DNA of 63,111 nucleotides from a virus (Duplodnaviria; Caudoviricetes): IMG/VR virus record IMGVR_UViG_3300048898_000040, positions 1 to 63,111 of that record; one strand, 5' to 3'. Shown piece by piece: positions 55,446 to 63,111 of this stretch (position 1 is its first letter; each line of letters starts with the position of its first letter). The notes under the pieces were generated by a model. It saw only the letters and a program-made list of their open reading frames with translations, ran no database searches and was not told where the DNA came from. The position numbers and the translations under genes were made by a program.

Positions 55446-56558
55446 CTAGGTAACAATGGGTGCCCACGACGAGCCAACAATGGCCGACGGGTTCACCCGG
55501 TAGGCATTAACTGTAACCGGGCTGTTGGCCGCCAGGACGTTGGTCGTGTAGCCGGAACCACTCTGGACGGAAAGGTTAAGAGCCATGGAAAGGTCCGAAA
55601 CCCCGATACGGAAGTAGCACACGTAGTGGAACCCGTGACCCGTGGCAGAACCCAGCAGAGGCACGCGGAAACTGTCTATCTGTTGGCCCGAGACATTGTT
55701 CTTGCGAAGGACGAAGTTCGGGGTGTTGTTAGCCACCGACACCGAACATTGCCCGGCGATCTCCACCATGTAGAGCTGGTTTGCCTCCGCGCTGAATGAG
55801 CTGCTGGAGAAGCACGTCGTCTCGGTCGTTCCCACGGTCAGGGTGTTGGAAGTCGTGCCCCCGCCACCGACCCACCACAGAGCCCCATTTCCCGCATTCG
55901 TCTTGATCCACGCGGAACCGTTGAACGCATACTCAGAGCCGGGGTCTCCGTCGATGCGAGAGACCATATCGCCAAGATGAGCGTCAGAGGGGAAGTCACT
56001 ACCCAATGCCTGAGTGCGTCTCCCAACGCGGGCGTACTTTCGCTTGTGGTTCATGGTGGCTGCGGCCAGATTGGTGGAGCTAGCAGGGACCGTGAAGTCC
56101 GCCACACGCCACCATGCGCCCGGGTGATAGAACGCCCCGGCCGGAGCGAAAGCGCTGTCCGCCACTGCGGAAGGAGAAGCGGCGGGGGTGCCACTGACCA
56201 CTTCCCACGTAGCCTTCGAACCAGCAGCATCGGTGCCGTAGTCCGTGTCGATCACGCGGAGGATCAGGCTGTCAACCCTCGGAAGCGTCGTGGAAGCTGG
56301 CCACGAGATAACCTCGTTGGCGTTGTTCCAGACGTAGTAGGAACCCTGCGTCGTAACGGCCTCGGTACCCAGGAGAACGCCCTCGCCCGGGCCGATGGTC
56401 AGGTTCATGCTCGAACCGCTGGGGATCAGCGCGAAGTCGTCGTAGGTGAAAGCTCCGGTACGCCTGCCAGAAAGGCTGGCCACCAGATTGCGGTAGAGAT
56501 TGGCCGGATGCTGAAGACCCGCCTGGCCCAGGAATCCCGCCACTGCTTGAAGGGTCAT
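55446..56558 (-). CDS. Minor tail protein
   Basis: PRVDSLILRVID...VVSGTPAASP motif typical of actinophage tail proteins. Confidence 0.7.
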   Translation of the reverse strand: MTLQAVAGFLGQAGLQHPANLYRNLVASLSGRRTGAFTYDDFALIPSGSSMNLTIGPGEGVLLGTEAVTTQGSYYVWNNANEVISWPASTTLPRVDSLILRVIDTDYGTDAAGSKATWEVVSGTPAASPSAVADSAFAPAGAFYHPGAWWRVADFTVPASSTNLAAATMNHKRKYARVGRRTQALGSDFPSDAHLGDMVSRIDGDPGSEYAFNGSAWIKTNAGNGALWWVGGGGTTSNTLTVGTTETTCFSSSSFSAEANQLYMVEIAGQCSVSVANNTPNFVLRKNNVSGQQIDSFRVPLLGSATGHGFHYVCYFRIGVSDLSMALNLSVQSGSGYTTNVLAANSPVTVNAYRVNPSAIVGSSWAPIVT

Positions 56559-56566
56559 TTTCTCTC

Positions 56567-57433
56567 CTATTCCCAGGCCGAGTAAGCCGTGATGGTTGCC
56601 GAAGCACCCGGATCGAACTCGGCGTACAATCTAATGACATTGCTCCCAGGTGCGAGCTGCCAGAAGCTTCCCGTGTAATCTGTGGAGATGGGTGAGCCAT
56701 TGAGGGTGGCTGTTTGGTTCAAGAAGTCTATGACTAGCTGATCACTAGAAATCAGCCCCACGTTGAACCCAATAGAGTCACCGGTGGTGTCATTAGCTAG
56801 CCGCCAAGCTCCCTTGCTCAGCGGCCCAACGATGCGAGCCGTGAAGTTGTGGCTGTAGGCCGTACCGGCATTGGTGATACCAGCTCCGATGATGACACTG
56901 GAGCCACTACCGAAGGTCATGGGGAAGGTGACCGGGAAGGTATGACCGCTCACAATGCCGCCAGATACCCCCGTAGAGGCGACCTGAGCCGCGAGCGAGT
57001 ACTTGAACGGGTCCTCCGCCATCACCACGGTGGACCACCGGAAACCGTTCTGCACTGCGGACCAGTCGAACTCCACCGGGCCACTGCGCCGCACGTTCAT
57101 GAACTTAGGCACGGCTTCGTATCGGTAGAGCGGGAAGGAGCGGTTGCGCGGGAAGGCATCCCGGACCAGGAGATCACTCACGGCCTCCGCGTTCGCCTCG
57201 CTAGTCGCGTAGACGTACCCGCCGATAGTGATGAACTTGCTCCTGATAGGGAAGAAGCTGGCCGAGCTGACCCCGTCCCGATAGCTACCCAGCTCTACCG
57301 AACTTTCTTCGGGGTCTCCGCTATCCTTCCATCCGTCCATGATGTCTACTCCGAAGGCGACGGCAGAAGCCGGGAGGACATCGTTGAACGTCACGGTGTT
57401 CGCTACAACCTTGTGGCGAAAGATGGTAGCCAT
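56567..57433 (-). CDS. Distal tail protein (Dit-like)
   Basis: Follows the tape measure; AEDPFKY, LAPGSNVI, C-terminal SAWE. Confidence 0.75.
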   Translation of the reverse strand: MATIFRHKVVANTVTFNDVLPASAVAFGVDIMDGWKDSGDPEESSVELGSYRDGVSSASFFPIRSKFITIGGYVYATSEANAEAVSDLLVRDAFPRNRSFPLYRYEAVPKFMNVRRSGPVEFDWSAVQNGFRWSTVVMAEDPFKYSLAAQVASTGVSGGIVSGHTFPVTFPMTFGSGSSVIIGAGITNAGTAYSHNFTARIVGPLSKGAWRLANDTTGDSIGFNVGLISSDQLVIDFLNQTATLNGSPISTDYTGSFWQLAPGSNVIRLYAEFDPGASATITAYSAWE

Positions 57434-57434
57434 G

Positions 57435-60400
57435 TCACACTCCTGCGGGAGACGGGGAGGGGAGGGAGGCCGCGACAATGCCTCCGCTGAGGCCGTAGCG
57501 CAGCTTCGTGAGGCTGAACTTGGCTACCTGAGCGGCGCTCATGCCCGGAAGGGCATTGACCGTCTGGTTTACCGTGAAGCTGGTGCCGCCGACCGAGGCC
57601 CCCGCAATAGCCTGCCTGCTCTGGGTGCCAGCCGTGTTAGCGGACAATTGCACGGTTGGGAGAATGCTCGTTGATACCAGTTGCTGGGCGGCTCTTTCGA
57701 CCTGGCGCTTCAGGCTCTCCAGGCCATCGACCAATCCCTGTGTCGCAAACTTTCCGAGGCTGAACATAACCCGGCTCGGGCTCTTGATTTTCAGGGCCTT
57801 CTTGATGCGGGCAACCATGGCGTCAGCTATCTTGTCCATCTGCGCCTGGATGGACTTCTGCTGCTTCTGGAGGCCCGCCACAAGCCCCTTCGCCGCGTTG
57901 AGGCCTGCGCCGTAGAGCGCATCAGCCGTTGTCTTACCGACCGAGTTAGCGGCACTGTTGAGCTGACTCTGCAGCGTGTTGAACTGCTTGAGAGTGGCGT
58001 CACTGGCGTTGGCCAGCGCGTCAGCCATTGCCCCGCCGTCAGCCGCCCCGGCGTCTACGAGCTGCTGAAGAAGATCCTTACTGAGCCCGCGCTTGGCCAG
58101 TTTCTGGATGTCCGCCGCGAAGTCCTTGGCCTGCTGCACGGCCGCTGCGAACCGCTCCTTGGTCAGGTCCAGGTTCACAAACGTCTGACCGCTGGTCACG
58201 AGACTGAACGTCTGCTTTGTCTTCTCTACTGCGTTGTTGTAGGCGTCGGTATACGCCTTGGTGGCGGCGGCGAGGTTGTCGTTTGCCGTCTTCAGCTTGG
58301 CGGTAACGGCTGTCGCCTGAGCAGTGAGTCGCGAGAGCGCTGCCGTACCGGTCTTGAGCACGGCGAGCGCGGTGCTTTTGGCGCTCTTGCTGATGAGCTT
58401 ATTACTGAAGGCATCGACCACCATGTTGGCAAGTTTGTTACTAGTACTCACCAGGCTCTTGGCCCCAGCCTTGAGACCGATCTCTAGACCCTGCGTGACG
58501 AAGCGACCGATGGTGATCATTTCCTTGGAGGGCGAGCCGATGCGCAGCGTGCTCTTGATGCCGCTAAGCACGCTAGAACCGAGGCTACGGGCCGCATCGG
58601 CGGCAGCCCCCACACCGCTCCGAATACCGTTCACGAAGCCTGCCACGGCGTCTCTACCGGCTTGCGCCAGCAGTCCGACGAGATTGCCCACTGCACTCCG
58701 AATGCGGCCGGGTAGACTCCTGGCCAGCGCCACCGCGTTGTTGATGCCGGAGCTGAACGCGGTTCGAGTGGCGTTCCAGGCCGACCGAGCCACCCCCGGG
58801 ATAGCCGAGATTAGACCGGAGATAGCCGAGCGCACCCGACCGGGCAGCGTAGTGGCGAAGCCGACCACTGCGCTGATACCTGCCGAGAAGGCTGACCGAG
58901 CCGTGTTCCAGGCGCTTCGCACCACCCCGACGATGCTCGAACCCAGCGAACTCAGGGCGCTACCGATCTGTCCCGGTAGCCGGTACGCCATCGTGATGAG
59001 CGTACCGATCATGGCCCCGAACTGGAAGGCCGCCTGATTGGCCCCGTTCTTGATGGCCCCGACTATCGCCCCGGGCAGAGCCGCCAGAGCCGCGCCTATC
59101 TTGGCCGGGAGCCCGGTGAAGAAGTTCACGATGGTAGCGATGGCCGTGCCGAGGAAGCTCTGCACCGCGTTGAACGAGTTGACGAACCAGTCCTTGACCG
59201 CAGTTAGAGCGCCGCCTATCTTCCCCGGCAACGAGGCAACCGTGGTACCGAAGTTGATGAGGAAAGCGTCGACGGTGAAGATTACTTCTTGCACCTTCAG
59301 GATGGCGTTAGTGAAGGCGATAAAGGCCGCGACGAGCTGCGGGATGTACGGGATGAGCATCGTCAGCGACTGAACAAGATTGCCCGAGATGGCTTGCGCG
59401 AGCTGCGTGAACACCGGGATCAGGCTTTGCGCCATTGCCAGTAGCTGCGGCATGTTATCCACGAGAGCCTGCCCCAGCACCTGCGCGAACTGCACCAGCA
59501 CCGGCGCGAGCGGACGGAAAGCCTCGAGCAGCGCCTGCCCGGCTTGCGCCGCGAGCGGAAGACCCTGAACCAACGCCTGCTGAATGACCGGGGCAAGCTC
59601 CTGAAGCGCGCTCATGAGGCTGCCCGAGAACAGCTGGATCAGCGGCCCCAGTTCAGCGGCCACGGCACTGAGAGAACCTGCGGCCAACTGAGCGAACAGG
59701 CTGATGATCTGTGCGAGCGGTGGGACCAACGGGGCTATTGCCGTAACCACGTCAGCGATGGCAGTAGCCAGCGGTGCAAATGCCGGGGTCAGGGCCTGCA
59801 CGAGGGAGAGGAGGGCGGGCCCCAGTACTCCGCTGATCCGCACCAGTGCGGGACCAAGCGCACCAGCGAGCGCGCCTACGAGCGTCGTCAGCACGGGAGC
59901 CAGGGCATTTGCCGCTGCCCCGATGCCCGTGAACAACGCGCGAATGGCCGAAGCGCCTTCTGCGCTCTTGAGGAAGGTGTTGAACGCACCCGTGAGAGTG
60001 GCGATGTTGTTGAGCAGGCCCCCGCTCGTCTCCCCCGCAGCCTGGAATATGCTGACGAGGATGCCGCCCACGTTCTTGGCGATGGTGCCGAGCGTGCTCA
60101 GGGTTTGCAGCGCGGTGTCTATCCAGGTCTGGAGTTGGCCGCTACCCGCGATGGAGTTCAACCAGTTGGCGAACGTCGTGGCGACCTTAGCCACCGAATC
60201 TGCGAGGCGCGGGAAAAGCTGAAGCCCCACCCCTCCCACCGCCCGCAGGCCCTCCAGTACGGGTGTAATGGTGGGTGTTATGACGGCCAGTGCCTTGCGG
60301 AAGGACACCAGGCTGTCTTGCACGAAGCCAACCGTCTTGGAGCTCGTGGCAAAGCCCACTACCTGTTTAGTCAGACGACCGAAGTCAGTGGCCAGACCGA

Positions 60401-60983
60401 GCACGCTGGGTCGGATCTTGTTCAGAACACCGAGCACGCGAGGCACTGCGCTCGTCAGGCCGCTCGTACTGAAGAACGCATCCTGGATACCCTGCTGATA
60501 CGCCTTCAGGCTGTCCGCGCTCGAGTGAATGGCCTTGGCGAAAGACTGTGCCGCCGGAGCCAACTGCTTGATAGCTTCGTTGAACTTGTCTGCACCCTTC
60601 GGGTCGAAGGCTGCCTTGATGGTGTCGCCAACACCAGCCGTGATGGCCTTGATGACGCCGATGCTAGCCCCGATAGCCACGAAGGCACCGGGGAGAGCGC
60701 TCGCCAGGCTGGCAATACTAGTCAGTTGTGGAACAACGCCCAGGAGTTCGACGACCAGGTTGGCGGCACTGACCGCAGCCGCGTTCAGACCGATAGCGAG
60801 ACCGGTGAACTTGGCTCCGGTAAATACGTTCTTGAGGGTGTTACCGAGACGGATAAGACTCTTGTCCGTGTCCTTGCTCTTCTTGCTGACACGGTCCATG
60901 TCCTTCTCGGCCTCGGTAACCGCCCGGCGGCCTTCGTACTCCAGCTCGATGGTTCCCTTGGCGGTACCGAGGTCGTAAGCCAT
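57435..60983 (-). CDS. Tape measure protein
   Basis: 1182 aa Ala/Leu-rich helical protein; IGSPSK and IKSPSR motifs. Confidence 0.9.
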   Translation of the reverse strand: MAYDLGTAKGTIELEYEGRRAVTEAEKDMDRVSKKSKDTDKSLIRLGNTLKNVFTGAKFTGLAIGLNAAAVSAANLVVELLGVVPQLTSIASLASALPGAFVAIGASIGVIKAITAGVGDTIKAAFDPKGADKFNEAIKQLAPAAQSFAKAIHSSADSLKAYQQGIQDAFFSTSGLTSAVPRVLGVLNKIRPSVLGLATDFGRLTKQVVGFATSSKTVGFVQDSLVSFRKALAVITPTITPVLEGLRAVGGVGLQLFPRLADSVAKVATTFANWLNSIAGSGQLQTWIDTALQTLSTLGTIAKNVGGILVSIFQAAGETSGGLLNNIATLTGAFNTFLKSAEGASAIRALFTGIGAAANALAPVLTTLVGALAGALGPALVRISGVLGPALLSLVQALTPAFAPLATAIADVVTAIAPLVPPLAQIISLFAQLAAGSLSAVAAELGPLIQLFSGSLMSALQELAPVIQQALVQGLPLAAQAGQALLEAFRPLAPVLVQFAQVLGQALVDNMPQLLAMAQSLIPVFTQLAQAISGNLVQSLTMLIPYIPQLVAAFIAFTNAILKVQEVIFTVDAFLINFGTTVASLPGKIGGALTAVKDWFVNSFNAVQSFLGTAIATIVNFFTGLPAKIGAALAALPGAIVGAIKNGANQAAFQFGAMIGTLITMAYRLPGQIGSALSSLGSSIVGVVRSAWNTARSAFSAGISAVVGFATTLPGRVRSAISGLISAIPGVARSAWNATRTAFSSGINNAVALARSLPGRIRSAVGNLVGLLAQAGRDAVAGFVNGIRSGVGAAADAARSLGSSVLSGIKSTLRIGSPSKEMITIGRFVTQGLEIGLKAGAKSLVSTSNKLANMVVDAFSNKLISKSAKSTALAVLKTGTAALSRLTAQATAVTAKLKTANDNLAAATKAYTDAYNNAVEKTKQTFSLVTSGQTFVNLDLTKERFAAAVQQAKDFAADIQKLAKRGLSKDLLQQLVDAGAADGGAMADALANASDATLKQFNTLQSQLNSAANSVGKTTADALYGAGLNAAKGLVAGLQKQQKSIQAQMDKIADAMVARIKKALKIKSPSRVMFSLGKFATQGLVDGLESLKRQVERAAQQLVSTSILPTVQLSANTAGTQSRQAIAGASVGGTSFTVNQTVNALPGMSAAQVAKFSLTKLRYGLSGGIVAASLPSPSPAGV

Positions 60984-60998
60984 GCCCGCTCCTGGTCG

Positions 60999-61283
60999 TT
61001 ACAGTGACTGGCCCCGCCGTGCAGGGTCGGCGTATCGGCGCTCAGATGGCAGCCAGCGCCTCACAACGCGCTGTCGGGCACTGGCGGCGGCATCGGCATC
61101 CTTAGCCCCGTGAGAGGCGTCTGAGAGGGCTGCCTCGAAAGACGTACCCCACCGCACCACCGCGCTGTCGAAGGCGTACGCCTTGAAGCTTCCCGGCTCC
61201 ATTCCGTACACCTCGCTTGGCCGACAGCGCATCGACTTACTCATCTGCCACGCGTTGAGTAGAGATTCAGGACTTCGGACGAA
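60999..61283 (-). CDS. Tail assembly chaperone, post-frameshift segment
   Basis: Overlaps the chaperone 3' end in the +1 frame; RPSEVYG...AYAFD. Confidence 0.6.
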   Translation of the reverse strand, partial: FVRSPESLLNAWQMSKSMRCRPSEVYGMEPGSFKAYAFDSAVVRWGTSFEAALSDASHGAKDADAAASARQRVVRRWLPSERRYADPARRGQSL

Positions 61284-61857
61284 AGTTGTCCATCTTGGCC
61301 ACGCCCTCGAGGGCACGCTCCATGATGGCAATGCGGTCCGCGAGCTCGACGTCCCGGACGTAGACCCGACCGGCCACCCGCTCTTCGCCCTCCGCAGGCT
61401 CGGGCCAGAGCTCCGGCTGAACCACTACGAGCGGCAGGAGGAGGGATAGAACCGAGAGCAGCTCCGGCAGGGCGTCAGCTTCGGCCTTGGTAAGCGTCGG
61501 CGGCTTCCCCTCGGCCTGGTCTATCTGCTCCTGGGCCAGAGCGGGGAGACGAGTGATCTTGTCGAGGATGCCTTTCTCAGCAAGCTCTTCCGGCTGAAGC
61601 TTGCGCATCTGACACAGCTGACCGCTCGGAACGCGGAAGTCGTAGAAGTTGCTGCCCCAGGAAGTGGCGGCGTACGGGTTGGAAGCCTGCACCGGCACGC
61701 CCTGCGAAGGGGTGGGGGTGTCGGCACCCATTGCCTGGTAACCCGGGGCCTCGCTGGCGGGCAGCTCGGGCTTCACGAAGCCGTTGGCCCTGGCGGCGGC
61801 GTGCTCCTCGAGGGTCATCTCGAGAAGCTCCTGGGTGGTGTACAACTGCTGATTCAT
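61267..61857 (-). CDS. Tail assembly chaperone
   Basis: Between major tail and tape measure genes. Confidence 0.7.
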   Translation of the reverse strand: MNQQLYTTQELLEMTLEEHAAARANGFVKPELPASEAPGYQAMGADTPTPSQGVPVQASNPYAATSWGSNFYDFRVPSGQLCQMRKLQPEELAEKGILDKITRLPALAQEQIDQAEGKPPTLTKAEADALPELLSVLSLLLPLVVVQPELWPEPAEGEERVAGRVYVRDVELADRIAIMERALEGVAKMDNFRPKS

Positions 61858-61927
61858 GTCTGCGCTCCTTGGCGTCTAAGGTTTGGTGGGAGCGGGTCTC
61901 TACCCTGAAACCCGCCCCCAGGTTCTG

Positions 61928-62473
61928 CTACGGCGCGCTGCTGAGCGCCGTCTCGTCCGCCTGCATGGTCCAGACCTTGCCGACGTCCGCCGCCGTGAGC
62001 GTCGCGAGGCCGGTGCCTTCCGCATGGGAGACCCAGAACTCTCCGTCGGTGTGGCTTCCGGAAATCTGCTCGGCCTTGGCACGGTGGATGATGGTCGCGT
62101 TGCTACCCCCGGACTCGCTCATGGCCAGCCCGGACAGGTAGAAGTCCGGATACGAGTCCGTACCCATCCGGATCCAGGTGTTCTTGACGTTCGGGGTGGT
62201 GCCGGTGGTGGCGTAGGTGCCACCGGCGATGACCACCATCGCCTGGAACTGGATGCCGCCAGCTTCGAGGGTCCAGCTGACACCGCTGACCGTGACCCGC
62301 TTGGCGACGTCGGTGTCGTCACCGCGCAGGGTCTGCGTCTCGGTCTCCTCCTGGAATTCGAGCGTCTGCGCGTTCGGCAGGTCGACCAACGACCCCTTGA
62401 CGCCGCTTCCGTCAAGCGTGGCCACCTTGATGTCCCGGAGGCCATAGGGGAGGCGGATGTTGTTGATTGCCAT
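61928..62473 (-). CDS. Major tail protein
   Basis: LPYGLRDIKV, LRGDD and GEFW motifs; synteny. Confidence 0.8.
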   Translation of the reverse strand: MAINNIRLPYGLRDIKVATLDGSGVKGSLVDLPNAQTLEFQEETETQTLRGDDTDVAKRVTVSGVSWTLEAGGIQFQAMVVIAGGTYATTGTTPNVKNTWIRMGTDSYPDFYLSGLAMSESGGSNATIIHRAKAEQISGSHTDGEFWVSHAEGTGLATLTAADVGKVWTMQADETALSSAP

Positions 62474-62660
62474 TGTCACTCCCTTCAACTGCTAGGGTCC
62501 GGTACCGGGTGGTGCCGAGGACCTCTCCTGTAATGCTGTCGAAGCGGTGGAGAACCACCACCCCTGGCTTCGCACCGCAGCGAGAGCTACGACACTTCAC
62601 CTCGATCTCGCTGCCGATTAACTCACCGAACTTGATGCCCTCTGGGCACCGCAGTTCTAC
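62412..62660 (-). CDS. Com-like zinc-ribbon protein; start codon uncertain
   Basis: ELRCP...KFGEL...IEVKCRSSRCG...VLHRF. Confidence 0.5.
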   Translation of the reverse strand, partial: VELRCPEGIKFGELIGSEIEVKCRSSRCGAKPGVVVLHRFDSITGEVLGTTRYRTLAVEGSDNGNQQHPPPLWPPGHQGGHA

Positions 62661-63010
62661 AGCGTGACCCGCTTGAACATGGGGTCGCTCGCCAGGTACT
62701 CGGCGGCCTCCGGAGTGATGTCCGAGACCGGCACCAGCATCCGGCCGTTGCTCCCCTTGCGCCACACGACCTCCTTCTTGCCCAGCTCGAGGTCGTGGTA
62801 CTTCTTGAAGTCGTGAGCGAACACGGTGTGTGTACCGAGCTCGCCCTTGTAGAACTCGGTACCGTAGGGCGGCTGCCCGACGAACTCGATGTACTCGGTC
62901 TTGTCTTCCTCCGGCGCGGGCTCCTGTTCGGCCAGCTCGGCGGGGGCGGCCTGCTCGTCGGCGAGCACCTCGGCCTCGCCGGGGGTCTGCGGGATGTCGC
63001 TGTCGCTCAC
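62657..63010 (-). CDS. Acidic hypothetical protein (tail region)
   Basis: 117 aa, GTG overlaps the upstream stop. Confidence 0.6.
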   Translation of the reverse strand: MSDSDIPQTPGEAEVLADEQAAPAELAEQEPAPEEDKTEYIEFVGQPPYGTEFYKGELGTHTVFAHDFKKYHDLELGKKEVVWRKGSNGRMLVPVSDITPEAAEYLASDPMFKRVTL

Positions 63011-63111
63011 AGGTCTACTCCAATCACTTGCCAGCTACTGAACTTGTAGTTGGTCAGGTAGGTGTCGTCTTCTTGGTCGCCAGAGTGCCCGAGGTAGTTC
63101 ATCTCGGTAAT
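63007..63111 (-). CDS. Tail terminator-like protein, 3' part
   Basis: In frame with 1-337 across the circular junction; TGA at 63007-63009. Confidence 0.65.
   Translation of the reverse strand: MTEMNYLGHSGDQEDDTYLTNYKFSSWQVIGVDL

Overview
The window is an apparently complete, circularly assembled ~63 kb genome of a high-GC tailed phage with a siphovirus-type tail. Bases 1-31 are identical to 63081-63111, and the tail-terminator gene spans that junction. Essentially all genes lie on the minus strand, and no integrase or repressor was recognised. The host is probably an actinomycete (inferred from GC content and gene families). In transcription order the genome carries: tail and lysis genes (63010-51671); an accessory region with many promoters (51570-43000); recombination and replication genes (SNF2 helicase, RecB/Cas4-like nuclease, AAA ATPase, SSB-like protein, primase-MCM helicase); a nucleotide-metabolism cluster around DnaE (32248-20897); a RuvC-like resolvase; and packaging and head genes. 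Main highlights: (1) four tRNA-shaped elements with canonical T-arms but no canonical anticodon loop, plus larger structured intergenic RNAs; (2) a candidate novel base-modification pathway (flavin oxidoreductase, Asn-synthetase-like ligase, HAD phosphatase, Nmad1-like protein, UDG, dCTP deaminase, VOC-fold protein, SDR, variant ThyX); (3) a 14-nt motif, ACTACCCGGGAGGG, fused to the ribosome-binding site of nine genes; (4) a VIP2-like ADP-ribosyltransferase, a JAB peptidase and a neprosin-like secreted peptidase. All family assignments come from motif recognition by eye, not from database searches.
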